Shown in pieces: positions 1-12,795 of a stretch of 64,000 nucleotides of DNA. Source of the stretch: Anaeramoeba ignava BMAN (Eukaryota; Protista; Anaeramoebae). Both the position numbers and the translations under genes were made by a program. The notes beneath the pieces were generated by a model. It did no database searches, was not told where the DNA came from, and saw only the letters and a list, made by a program, of their open reading frames with translations. The stretch is from assembly GCA_028826165.1 (NCBI GenBank), contig JAPDFW010000081.1, positions 496,001 to 560,000 on the forward strand, given 5' to 3'. Numbering within the stretch: position 1 is the stretch's first letter; every line of letters begins with the position of its first letter.

Positions 1-92
1 AACAAATCCAAATTTATTTGATTTATTAATTAAAAAATTTAATAATCAAAATTAAAATCAAAATTTTTTTTTCATTTTTTTCTTTTTCAAAA

Positions 93-1022
93 ATGAATTT
101 TTTATCTTTAAATGAATTTTATGAATTTCTTTCTTCTCAAAAGAAATTGGAAAAAACAAAACCAAAACTTAATAAAAATCATTTCCAAAAAGAAATATAT
201 CAAACAAAAATTTCAAAACAAAAATTTTCAAATATTGAAATAATTAACCAAAAAGGTTATTATTCAACAATTTTAAGTGCTCAAAATTCAAAAGGAGAAT
301 ATTTTGCAATCAAATTATATAAATCTCCTTCATTAAAAAATTATTCCAATTTTGAAAAAGAGAAAGAAGAAAATCAAAAAAAACCAAATTTAAAAGCTCA
401 AATAATCAACCGTTTTATACAAGAAATCAATATTATAAACCATCTTGAGAAAAATCCAAATATTATCAAAATGATTGATTGGGGTTTGACTCAACCAAAT
501 TTATATCCATTTATTGTTCTTCCTCTTTATCAAAATTCACTTTCCAAAAAATATCAAGAAAATCAATTAGATTTTTCTAGTTTTATTCTAAAAGGAGTAG
601 AAACTTTGAAATTTATCCATTTCAATAATGTTATTCATCAAGATTTAAAAATTGATAATATTCTATTTGATTCATCAAGTAATTTGATATTATGTGATTG
701 GAATTCTGCTTTGTTTTTTTCTGATGAAAATTTTGAAAAAATTTCTTTTCAAAAAGATTTAATTGGTTTTGGGAAAATTTTAGCGAGAATTATTTTAGGA
801 AAAATCAAAGGAAAATTATCAATACAACAAATTAAAAATTCTCTAAAAAAAGTAGATGAAAAAAATATTAATAATAATCTTAATCAATCCAAAAATTTAT
901 TGATTTGGAAAGATTTAATTTTTAAATTATTAAATATAACAAAATTTTATAATTTAAATGATTTGGAAAAATTTTATAAAGAAATTTTTGAAACTATCAA
1001 TGAAAAAAAAATGAAAAAATAA
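93..1022 (+). CDS. Atypical Ser/Thr protein kinase-like protein (possible pseudokinase)
   Basis: FAIK lysine, helix-C E (FIQEI), catalytic loop IHQDLKIDN; DFG replaced by DWN, no APE motif, degenerate Gly-rich loop. Confidence 0.75.
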   Translation: MNFLSLNEFYEFLSSQKKLEKTKPKLNKNHFQKEIYQTKISKQKFSNIEIINQKGYYSTILSAQNSKGEYFAIKLYKSPSLKNYSNFEKEKEENQKKPNLKAQIINRFIQEINIINHLEKNPNIIKMIDWGLTQPNLYPFIVLPLYQNSLSKKYQENQLDFSSFILKGVETLKFIHFNNVIHQDLKIDNILFDSSSNLILCDWNSALFFSDENFEKISFQKDLIGFGKILARIILGKIKGKLSIQQIKNSLKKVDEKNINNNLNQSKNLLIWKDLIFKLLNITKFYNLNDLEKFYKEIFETINEKKMKK

Positions 1023-1093
1023 TTTTGTTAAATTAGAAATCATTTTTTCTTTTCTTTTCTTTTTGAAAAATTGGAAAATTGAAAAATTAATAA

Positions 1094-2179
1094 ATGAGAA
1101 AATCAAAACCACCTGTTAAACCAAAAACTTCAAAAATTAGTTTTATAATTGCAATTTGTTTATTAATTTGTGGAATTATTTGGGCATTTGTTGAGATTAT
1201 TACAAGATTAAAATTGATTGAAACTGATTGTTTTATTAATGATAAAAAATATATTTTATATTCTTATAATGGAGATGGAACACCAATTATTTCTCCAAAT
1301 CAATTAGAAAATCAAAACCAAAATCAAAATCAAAATCAAAATCAAAATCAAAATTTTAATGATTCCAAATATTTGTTTGCATCAATTGGTTGTAATACAT
1401 CTCCAACTGATAATGTTGTTTCTTTTTTTAATGTAATCAATAATTTTAAAATAAAGATTAAATAAAAATATTTATCTTAATTCAATTTTTATTAAAGATA
1501 ACTTGGAAATCAAAAAGTGGAAAAAGTTTTAATGAATTTTCTTGTAATTTTGGAAGGATGTGTAAGTAAAAAATTAAAAATTAAAATTAAAATTAAAAAT
1601 TAAATTTAAAATTAAAATTAAAATTAAAATTAAAATTAAAATTAATTTATATTTAGGTTGGACAGCAAAAGGAAATAATTGCAAAGTAATTCAAAAAAAA
1701 AATTCCCAAAAAAATGATTTTAATTTTAATTAATTAATCCAATTTTTTTTAAAAAAAAGAATACAAAATGTAAAAATTCAATTTCAACAAAAGAATGTAA
1801 AAATTTTGTTGATTTAGAAAAAAAAAAGATTTTTGATAAATATCAAGTTAATACTTCAGTTAAATGTTGGATTAGTAAAAGTAAAGAAAATTTTGCAACA
1901 ATTCATTTTCCACTTCCAAATTTTGCTTGGTCAATTTTTTTTTGGATTTTTTCTTTAATATTTTGTATTGCTCCTTGTAGAAATTTTCAATATTATTATT
2001 GTTGTTTTAGTGATTTCCATGTTGAAGGAAGAAAAATAAGAAGAGAAAGAATGATGAAAATGAATCAAATTGAAAATGAAAATGAAAATGAAAATGAAAA
2101 TGAAATTTTGGAAAGATCTGATTTGGATTCTGGAATGAAAGATAAAGAAAATCTCTTAAAAGAAGAAAAAGAAAATTGA
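1094..2179 (+). CDS. Two-TM membrane protein with Cys-rich extracellular loop (4 exons: 1094-1432, 1498-1561, 1657-1685, 1760-2179)
   Basis: GT-AG joins keep one frame; N-terminal TM (ISFIIAICLLICGIIWAFV), Cys-rich loop, YQVNTSVKCW, second TM (FAWSIFFWIFSLIFCIAPC), stop TGA 2177-2179. Confidence 0.65.
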
Positions 2180-2265
2180 AATTGTTTCCTAGTTATTGAT
2201 TTGAAGAATTTAATTTGATTCAAAGTAAAAGAAAATAATTTGGAATTTTGATTTTAATTTTAATT

Positions 2266-4066
2266 TTAATTTTGATTTTTAAATTTTTTAATTAATAAAT
2301 CAAATAAATTTGGATTTGTTTGATTTAATTGAAAATAATCAATTCCAATTTCAAGTTCATTAATGATTTCTTGTGTAATTTCAATTTCATCTTTAATTTG
2401 ATTTGAATAAATCCAATATTCAAATATTTGAAATGATTTATTACTTAATTCACTATAATCTGTAACTTTATTAGAAGTATCATTTGTTACAGATAAAAAC
2501 ATTCCTCGATATAATTCACTTCTCATTATTAATATTAATTTAGGAAATTTATATTGTTTTTCTTTTCTTTCAATAATAAAATCTTTTTCATTTTCATTTT
2601 CATTTTCATTTAAATAAATTCTTTTCATTGTTTCTTCAATTTTTTCATTTGAATTTATAATTTCTTTAATTTCTGAATATAATTTTGGATTTATTATTCT
2701 GTTTGAATAAATCATTTCAAATATTTGATTTGATTCTTTAATTGATTTTTTTGAAATAATTTCTTTAAGTTTTTCAATTTCATTTTGATTTTGATCTAAT
2801 CTATATTTCAATATTAATTTATGAGCTTTGATTATTTCTCCATTTTTGGTTTTAAATGAAATATCACAAAATTCTTTTCTTTCAAATAATTTTATCAAAT
2901 CTTCTTCAAGATTGGAAAAAGAAGGAGGAGAATAATAAAGAAATGAATTGTAATATCCACAAGAAATATGATAATTAGAAATATTTTCATTAAATCTTAA
3001 TTTAGGAAGTTCAATTTGAATTGGAATTAATTGTAAATTTGTATCTCCAGTTCCTAATTGACCGTATTCATTATTCCCAAATCCTGTTAATTTTGATTTA
3101 GAAGTTAAAATAAAAGTATGAGCATTTCCAACAGAAAAATCAAGAATATTATCATCATTTTCAAATAAAGATGATTTGATTTCAGTAAATTCATAACTAC
3201 GTTCATATTTGCCAAGTCCATTATATTTCCAATGCCCACATGAATAAAGTTTTCTTTTTGGATTTTGATTTTCATTTTCATCTTCAATCAGCATTATTGA
3301 ATGAAAAGATCCACATTGAATATCAATTATTTTACCTTTTGGAATATTTTGGATTTTGGTTAATTTTCGGATTTTTTTTTCATTTCTTGATTCTCCTAAT
3401 CCAAGTTGACCATATTCATTATCACCACATCCAAATAATTCTTTATTTGAATTTAAAATAAAAATAAAATATGAATCAGTTCCTGAAAATATTTTAGAAA
3501 CATTTTTCATCATTAAAATTGGTTTTTCTGTTTTATAAAGTGTTTCAGAATCAAAACCAAGTTGACCATAATAATTTGAACCGATTCCATAAACATTTTG
3601 ATTTGAAGTTAATAAATAAATTGAATTAGATCCAGAAACAATATCTTGAATTATTCTATCATTTGTATCTTCAATTAATGATGAAATATTGATAAATTCT
3701 TTTGGATTATTTGGATTAATATCATATCCTTTGGCAAATACATTTCCTTCTATTGTTAAAATAGCTTCATTATAAAAGCCAACAGTTACTTTTTGAATAT
3801 TTTCAATTTGGATTTTATCATGATTTTGGTTTGAATCATTTTCTTTTAAATATTCTATTGCTTTTCCATTTTTAAAAAGGAAAATTGTTCCAGAATAACT
3901 CGATGAAATTTGTTTAATTTGTTTTTCATTTTCATTTTCATTTTCATTTTCATTTTCATTTTCATTTCAAATTCAAATTTAAATTGAATTGGATTTGTTA
4001 TTTTTCTGGTTCATTTTTGAAAATAATTGGATAATTATTTAAACCAAAAAATCTAATTTCATTCAT
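2266..4066 (-). CDS. RCC1-repeat + tandem BTB/POZ domain protein
   Basis: RCC1 motifs GCGDNEYGQLGLG, CGSFHS, GNNEYGQLGTG; BTB motifs FCDISF..AHKLIL and ILIMRSELYRGMF; ATG at 4066 by alignment to paralog at 59759; apparent frameshift in the EN repeat near 3970. Confidence 0.85.
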
Positions 4067-4217
4067 TTTCTTTAATTTTATTTTTTTATTTATTAATTTT
4101 TTAAAAAGAAAAAAAATGAAAAAAGATTTTATTAATTTTAATTTTTAAAAAAAAATTTTTTTTTTCATTTTTTTTTTCATTTTTTTCTTTTCTTTTATTT
4201 TTCAAATTGAAATAAAA

Positions 4218-7200
4218 ATGCAAAAATTTAACGAAATAAAAAATAATCAAATAAAAGAATTTTCACAAAAAAAACAAATAAAAGAAGTTGAAATGGTAAA
4301 AAACAAAGAACAAAATTTTTCAGAAGAAAAGAAACAAGAAAAATTAGGATTAAAAAATCAACTCAAAAGTGTTCAAGCAATGGATATTCTAGCAAAATCA
4401 TCAAAAACACCTGAAGAATCCATTTTATTTTATAGACAAGCACTTGAAATTAAAAAAAGAAAATTTGAAAATACTTTTCAAACACAAAAACATTCTTTTC
4501 AAAATTTTTCAAAAAAATTTTTTAAAATTAAATCTGATTATGCTTGGTGTATCTTTTGGAATTCAAATCCAAAAATTAAAATTCATTTTGAAATTAAAAT
4601 TAAAATTCATTTTGAAATTAAAATTAAAATTCATTTTGAAATTAAAATTAAAATTAAAATTAAAATTAAAATTTAAAATTAAAATTAAAATTAAAATTAA
4701 AATTAAAATTAAAATTAAAATTAAAATTAAAATTAAAATTAAAATTCATTTATAAAATTAAAATTAAAATTAAAATTAAAATTAAAATTAAAATTAAAAT
4801 TAAAATTTAAAATTAAAATTAAAAATTAAAATTAAAATTAAAATTAAAATTAAAATTAAAATTAAAATTAAAATTAAAATTAAAATTAAAATTTAAAATT
4901 AAAATTAAAATTAAAATTAAAATTAAAATTAAAATTAAAATTAAAAAAAGTGGATTAAAATTAAAATTCAAAATTAAAATTAAAATTAAAATTAAAATTA
5001 AAATTAAAATTAAAATTAAAATTAAAATTAAAATTAAAATTAAAATTAAAATTAAAATTAAAATTAAAATTAAAAATTAAAAATTAAAATTAAAATTAAA
5101 AATTAAAATTAAAATTAAAATCAAAAAATTTAAAATTAAAAAAATTAAAATTAAAATTAAAAATTAAAATTAAAATTTAAAATTAAAATTAAAATTAAAA
5201 TTAAAATTAAAAATTAAAATTAAAATTAAAATTAAAATTAAAATTAAAATTAAAAATTAAAATTAAAATTAAAATTAAAAATTAAAATTAAAATTAAAAT
5301 TAAAATTAAAATTAAAATTAAAATTAAAATTAAAATTAAAATTTAAAATTAAAATTAAAATTAAAATTAAAATTAAAATTAAAATTAAAATTAAAATTAA
5401 AATTAAAATTAAAATTAAAATTAAAATTAAAATTAAAATTCATTTTGAAATTAAAATTAAAATTCATTTTGAAATTAAAATTAAAATTAAAATTAAAAAT
5501 AAAATTAAAATTAAAAAATTAAAATTAAAATTAAAATTAAAATTAAAATTAAAATTAAAATTAAAATTCATTTTGAAATTAAAATTAAAATTCATTTTGA
5601 AATGAAAATTAAAATTTAAAATTCATTTTGAAATTAAAATTAAAATTAAATTTAAAAAATTAAATTTAAATTTAAAATTAAAATTCATTTTAAAATTAAA
5701 ATTAAAATTAAAATTAAAATTAAAATTAAAAATTAAAATTAAAATTAAAATTAAAATTAAAAATTAAAATTGAAATTCATTTTCAAAATTAAGGCTTATG
5801 GAAAGGCTTAAATAAAAAAGAAGATGCATTAAAAGAATATTATGAAATATTACAATTTTCTCCACTTGATACAATGGGTATAAGATTTTACATAATTTCC
5901 ATTTTATTATCACTTTCTCAATTCGCACAAGCTTCATCCTTCCTGAATAAATTTCAAGGAGATTTATCAACATGTTGGAAATACACAAAAGCTTTATTAG
6001 AATTTCGAAAAACAAGTAATAATTTTTTTTTGAAAAATATAAATTTATTCATAATTTTTTTTTAAATAGTTGATTCGATAAAATTTTCAAATGAAGAAAT
6101 CAATTCTCCACAAACAAGAGAAAAAATTCAAAAAACACAAAAATTATTAAAAGAAGCGATAAAATTCAATCCAAAAGTTCCACATTTTCTTTTGGGAATA
6201 AAAAGATTACCAGTGAATTTACCTGAAGATATTAACACAGAAAAAAACAATGAAGCAATACATTATGTTTGGCATAATTATCAAGTTTGGTTTCAACATC
6301 CAGGCTTAATCAAATTTTTATATTATCAATTTCGGATCTACAAAATACAAAAGAAACAAAAAGCAAAAACAAAAACAATTCAAAAGGAAAATGATCAAGA
6401 ATTGCCTGAATTATTAAATATAAATGATATTGTGAGAATAATTCCAAATGATTTTGATTGGAATCAATTTTATTCACTTCATTCACAAGAAATTTCTGAT
6501 TCAATTCATGAAATGGAGCAAATATCAGTCAAATCAGAACAACAATTATTTTCCGAATTTATTCCAATAGAAGAATTGCAACCTCTTTTATTTTTTGAAA
6601 GTGAACATGATTTAAAAAGGCAATTTGAAATGGAGGCGATTCAACATTTCTTTAAATTTACAAAAGATCCTTCTTTTGATCATAAACTATTTTCACAATC
6701 ACAAAAAAAAGTAGAAATAAAGAAAAGACAACTAGAAAAAAAGAAAAGAAAACAACAGAAAAAACAAAATCAAAATCAAAATCAAAATCAAAATCAAAAT
6801 CAAAATCAAAATCAAAATCAAAATCAAAATCAAAATCAAAATCAAAATCAAAATCAAAATCAAAATCAAAATCAAAATCAAAATCAAAATCAAAATCCTC
6901 AACATTTAAAATTTCCCAAAATAAAAAACCAAATGGCACCTAATGCTATTCAAACTATTCACCATATTAAAAAAGAAATGATTGATAATGAACCCAGAAT
7001 AATTCGAACCAAAAAAATTATTAAAAAAATTGGAGAGCAAATTCAAGTTGTTGAAACTATTGAAACAATAAGTCCTACAGGAAATAATCAGTTTCCACTT
7101 CCAGATGAGATTCTCAATTTTGGGATTTTGTCAAGTAAATCTCGTGTTCAAACATTTGAAAATGGAATCCCTTCAAATATTTCTCAAGATTATCAAAATC

Positions 7201-10200
7201 AAAATCAAAATCAAAATCAAAATCAAAATCAAAATCATTTTCCAAACAAAAAATTTAAGAATTCTCTTCATCATAAAACAAATTCAAATAAGATTGAAAT
7301 TCTTGATAGTAATTTAGAAAACAAAAATGGAAATGCTCAAAAACATCACATCCAAAATGAAAGGAAAAACTTTTTCACTAATCCTCAAAATTTCAATCAA
7401 GAACAACTTGAAGAAACACTTCGAAAATTTTTCAGAAGCCAAGATAAAGAAATGGAAGCAGAAAACGAAATTGAAGAATCAGAATCAGATTCAGAATCAG
7501 AATCAGAATCAGAATCGGATTCAAATCAAGATTCAGATTCAAATTCAGAATCAGATTCAAATCAAAATTCAGAATCAGATTCAAATCAAAATTCAAATTC
7601 GGAATCAAATCAAAATTCAGATTCAGAATCAGAATCAGATTCAAATCAAAATTTAGATTCAGATTCAAATAAAAAATCAGATTCAGATTCAAACTCAAAT
7701 CAAGATTCAGATTCAGAATTAGACTCAAATTCAAATTATTCTTCTGATTCTGATTCTGATATTGATAATGATAATGATAATGATAATGATTTTCAAGATG
7801 GAATACCAGAAACTGGAGATGATTTATCTCAATTATCAGAAGAAACAAAAAGGAAATTACAAAAAGAATTTACAGAAAAAAAAGTATAAATGAAAAGAAA
7901 AGAAAAGAAAATTACTTTATAACAAATCTAATTGAAATATTTTTATTTATTCTTATAATTATCATTTTTTTTTATTTATTATTAAATCAAAAAGAATTTG
8001 GAAATTGCGATTGAATATAAAAATGAAGGAAATCAACATTTTCGCAGTGGAGATTGGAAAGGAGCAATTAAATTATATGATAAAGCTTTAAAATATACAC
8101 CCAAAAATGCAGCAATTGAAAATTCAATCATTTTATCAAATCAAGCTGCTTGCTATCTTCATCTTGAAGAATATGAAATAGTTATTGAAAAATGTACAAA
8201 ATCGCTTCAACTTTCACAAACAAATCCAAAATCTTTTTTTAGAAGAGCAAAAGCTTTTTTATTTTTGAATAAACTTATACTTGCTAATCAAGGTTTGTTT
8301 ACTTAATATTTTTTTTTATTATTTGTTATAATTCAGTTTTTAATCATTTCTTCTTCTTATGATTTTTTTTTATTTTCAGATATTAATAAATCTCTTCGTT
8401 TAAATCCAAATAATACAGATGCTAATAAACTTCATGAAGAAATTCAACGTCGAATGCAAGAAGAACATGAATTATCTAATATCAATTCAAATCAAATTGA
8501 AAATCAAATTGAAAATCAAAATCAAATTGAAAATCAAAATCAAATTGAAAATCAAAATCAAAATCAAATTGAAAATCAAAATCAAAATCAAAATCAAATT
8601 GAAAATCAAAATCAAATTGAAAATCAAAATCAAAATCAAAATCAAAATGAAAATCAAATTGAAAATCAAAATCAAAATCAAATTGAAAATCAAAATCAAA
8701 ATCAAATTAAAATTGATGAAAATAAACTTTGGAATTCAATTGAAATTAATCATGATATACTTCTTAACTTCGTTTCTCAACAATTTGAATCAAAAAATAT
8801 CGATAAAATTTTTTCACAAAATATAAAATTTTTAGAAAATTATATTCAAGATACTTGCAAAAATCAATCTTCAGAAATCACTGAAATTCTTCAATGCAAA
8901 TTATATTATGATCAAAACTACAAACAAAATTTAACTATTCAAGTGAATAAAATACCTAAGAAGCAAATGAACAAAAAAGGAAGAAAAAACAAATCAAGAA
9001 ATATTCAACAACAAAATAATGCAAAAATTAATCGTTATAAAAATATGATGGAAAAAATTCACAATCTTTTTATTCAATTTAATCTTTTTAATGAATTACT
9101 AATAATTCCAATCAAAGAAAAAAAGAATTCAAAACAAAATCAACAAACTGATTTCCAATTAAGTTTTTCTGAAGATATTTTGAATTCAAAAGAAAAAGTT
9201 GTTAAATTATTTGAGGAAATTTATCAATTTTCAAAAGATAATTGTGAATTACTTTTTCCAAAAGAAAAAATTACAGAATTATCAAGAGAAAACAATACAA
9301 AACAAAAACAAAAACAACTTAAAGATAAAGAAGAATTAAAAAAGAAGCTTGAACAAGCAAAAATCAAATTTGAACAACTAAATCATGAAATACAAGAATC
9401 TTATATGTTGTTTTTAGTTTTCATTTCCAAATTTTTCATGATTCAAATAGAAACTGAATACAAACACTATAAAGCAAAACAAGATGGATATAATTTTTCT
9501 TTTGAATTCCATAATTCAAATATCGAACGCAAAATGAAAAAACAAATTTCAAAAATTCTTAATACTGCAAAAAAATTAATTACAGACAAAAAAATTCGTT
9601 TTCAAAGAAAACTTGAGAATTATCAGTTAAAAATTGATAAAATTGAAAGAGATGAACAGTTGAAACAATTTCAAGAAGAACAAAGAGAAAAACAAAGAAA
9701 AGAAGAAATGGAAGCTGAAAAAAGAAGACTAGAAAAAATTGAGAAAAAAAAGCAAAAATTGAAAAGAAAAAAACAGAGGAAAAAAAATAAAAGGAATAAA
9801 ACACCAAATAATCAAGAGAATAATCAAAAAAATCAACAAAAAAATCAACAAAAAAATCAACAAAAAAATATTGAAAAAAATATTGAAAAAAATATTCAAA
9901 AAAATCAACAAAATACAAATACAAAACAAATTGAGAATGCAAATAAAAAAGAAAATTCTCCACAAAATTCCATTTTAAATGAGGATCCAAATATCAAATT
10001 TCAAAATGAATTATTATCTAAAATCAAAGAGGAAGAAATTGATGAATTAACAGGATATTTTGATTTAGATGGGAATTTTCGACACAGTAAAACTTTATGG
10101 ATTGGAGATGTTGGGGATAATTTTACAGAAGAAAAACTTGATAATTTATGTTCAAAATATGGGAAAATCAACAGTGTAAAAGTTATAAGACACACTTGTT

Positions 10201-12362
10201 GTGCTTTTGTTAATTTTAGCGATTATCGAAACTTAGTTATTGCATATAAATCTTTAAAAGGAAAAATAATCGATAATATGAATTTCCACACAATGAACAT
10301 TGCAAAACCTCATGAAAGTGCTGATCCTGATCAAAAAATCATCAAGAGTGAAGAAACACAGCAATTTCTTAAAAAATTCCCAGAAGGTGTTGTTTTAAGA
10401 ATCAAAAATCTTCCTCTTCATATTTCTCCAAATTCAATTAAATCTTTATTCATTCATCATAAAATTAGACAAAATGGTATTTATATTATTAAATCAAAAG
10501 TTACTGGTTCTGCTCAATGTTTCGTTGCTTTTGCTAATCATTATGAAGCTTTGACTGCAATGAAAAGTAAACAATCTTTTAGAATGAGTTGGAGAACTAT
10601 TCAAATTTCTTTTGCTAATCCTAATAATGAAAATCAAGTTAATTCTCCAACTTCTCCTAAGTTTAGAAAAGTTAAAGAAAAAAATAAGAAAAAAGGAAAT
10701 CAAATTAAAATTAAAAATCAAATTAAAATTGAAAATGAAAATGAAATTGAAAATGAAAATGAAATTGAAAATGAAAATGAAAATGAAAATGAAAATGAAA
10801 ATGAAAATCAAAAAAATCAAATTCAAAATGAAATTCAAAATGAAAATGAAAATGAAAATGAAAATCAAAATCAAAATCAAAATCAAAATCAAAATCAAAT
10901 TGAAAATGAAAATCAAATTGAAAATCAAATTGAAAATCAAATTGAAAATCAAAATCAAAATCAAAATCAAAATGAAAATGAAAATCAAAATCAAAATCAA
11001 AATCAAAATCAAAATCAAAATCAAAATCAAAATCAAAATCAAAATCAAAATCAAAATCAAAATCAAAATGAAAATGAAAATGAAAATCAAAATCAAAATC
11101 AAAATTCGAAACTATCTAACAAAAATAATAAGGAAAAAGAATTTCCTTTTGAAAATTCTTTATTAGATCGATTATCAAATTTAAAAATTTTTAATTTTCC
11201 ACAAAATAAACCAAGTTTAGAAACAATATCGAATGAAATATTGAAAACAGGAAATCATCAAACAAAACAAGAAGAAAAAACCAACCCTTTATTTCCATTA
11301 GTTTCCAAATCGTTTCCAAATTGGCAACTTTCAAACAATAATAAAAATACAATAACTTCTTTTCCAAATTCCAAAATAAATCAAAATCAAAATCAAAATG
11401 ATGAAAAATTCACCAAATTTACAACTGATTCCAAAATTGGATTTCCTCAACAAACTTCGAAACTTGAAATATTTAAAAAAATTGAACAAGGATTGTTTAA
11501 ATCAGAAACAGAAAACAAAACAGAAAAGGAAATTCAAATTCCAAATCAAATGGAATCAAAAAACGAACTACAAAATCAATTTAAAAATGAATTTAAAAAT
11601 CAATTAAAAAGCGAATCAACATTTGAATCAACAAACAATTCAACAAATCAAACTATTCAAAATCCATTTGTTTTTAATTTCCCAATTTTATCCAAAAATT
11701 CTACTTTTCAAAATCAAAAAGAACAAACAATTGAACAAAATGATTCTGATTTAACAAATTCAATTAAAAATCAAAATACAAACATTCAATCACAAACAAT
11801 CAATAACAATATCAATTTTTCATTTAAATCCTTGAATAACAATATTTTCAATTTTATTAATTTACCTCCAAATAATCCAGAAAAAATACCCAATTCCAAT
11901 CCAGAATCATTTTTAACAAATTCTTCTCCAAAAGAAAAACAACAACCAATATCATTTCCTTTTTCAACAAAACAAAATTCAGTTAATTTACAAAATCCAC
12001 TAACAAATCAACCAAATTTTCTTAATAATTCTTTTCCTTTTTCTTCAAATCAACCAAATTTTTTCAATTACACAAATTTTTATTCAAATTCAAATTCAAA
12101 TCCAAATCCAAATCTAAATCCAAATTCAAATCTAAATCCAAATTCAAATCCAAATCCAAATCCAAATCCAAATCCAAATCTAAATCCAAATTTAAATCCA
12201 AATTTAAATTTAAATCCAAATTCAAATTTAAATCCAAATTTAAACCAAAATTTAAATCAAAATCCTAATGCTTTTTCAATTAAACCTCAAAAAAAAAGTT
12301 TTGATTTAGAAAATGATTTGAATTCTCAAAAACCTTCTGAAGTTCAAAATTATTTGAAATAA
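4218..12362 (+). CDS. Large multidomain protein: ST7-like TPR domain, acidic SD tract, TPR co-chaperone-type domain, coiled coil, two RRM-like domains, NQ/NP low complexity (exons approx. 4218-4548, 5794-6015, 6070-7883, 7995-8292, 8380-12362)
   Basis: Spliced frame reads YAWCLWKGLNKKEDALKEYYEILQFSPLDTMGIRF and AIKFNPKVPHFLLGIKRLP..EAIHY..W (ST7-like); EYKNEGNQHFRSGDWKGAIKLY..SNQAACY (TPR); TLWIGDV..CAFVNF and LRIKNLP..QCFVAF (RRM RNP2/RNP1). Confidence 0.65.
4565..5790. repeat. (AAAATT)n microsatellite filling intron 1 of the ST7-like gene
   Basis: About 1.2 kb of hexamer repeat between GT at 4549 and AG at 5793. Confidence 0.95.
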
Positions 12363-12795
12363 ATTTGAAATTTGAAATTTGAAAAATGAAAATTGAAATT
12401 TTTTTTTTTGTCTTTTCTTAAAATTTTTTTTTTGATGAATTCAAAAATGATTTTGTTTGAAAAACAAAAACAAGTCAAAAAAAAAAAAAGAAAAGAAAAA
12501 TCAAAAAAAAAACAAATAAAATTGCAATTCAGTTTTCAATTCCGTTTTCAATCTCAATTTTAATTGAATTTTAATTTTAATTTTAATTTTAATTTTAATT
12601 TGAATTTTAATTTTAATTTTAATTTTTAATTTGAATTTTAATTTTAATTTTAATTTTAATTTTAATTTTAATTTTAATTTTAATTTTAATTGAATTTTGA
12701 TTTTAATTTTAATTTTAATTTTAATTTTAATTGAATTTTTAATTTTATTTTTAATTGAATTTTAATTGAATTTTTCTTTTCTTTTTGAAATTAAA

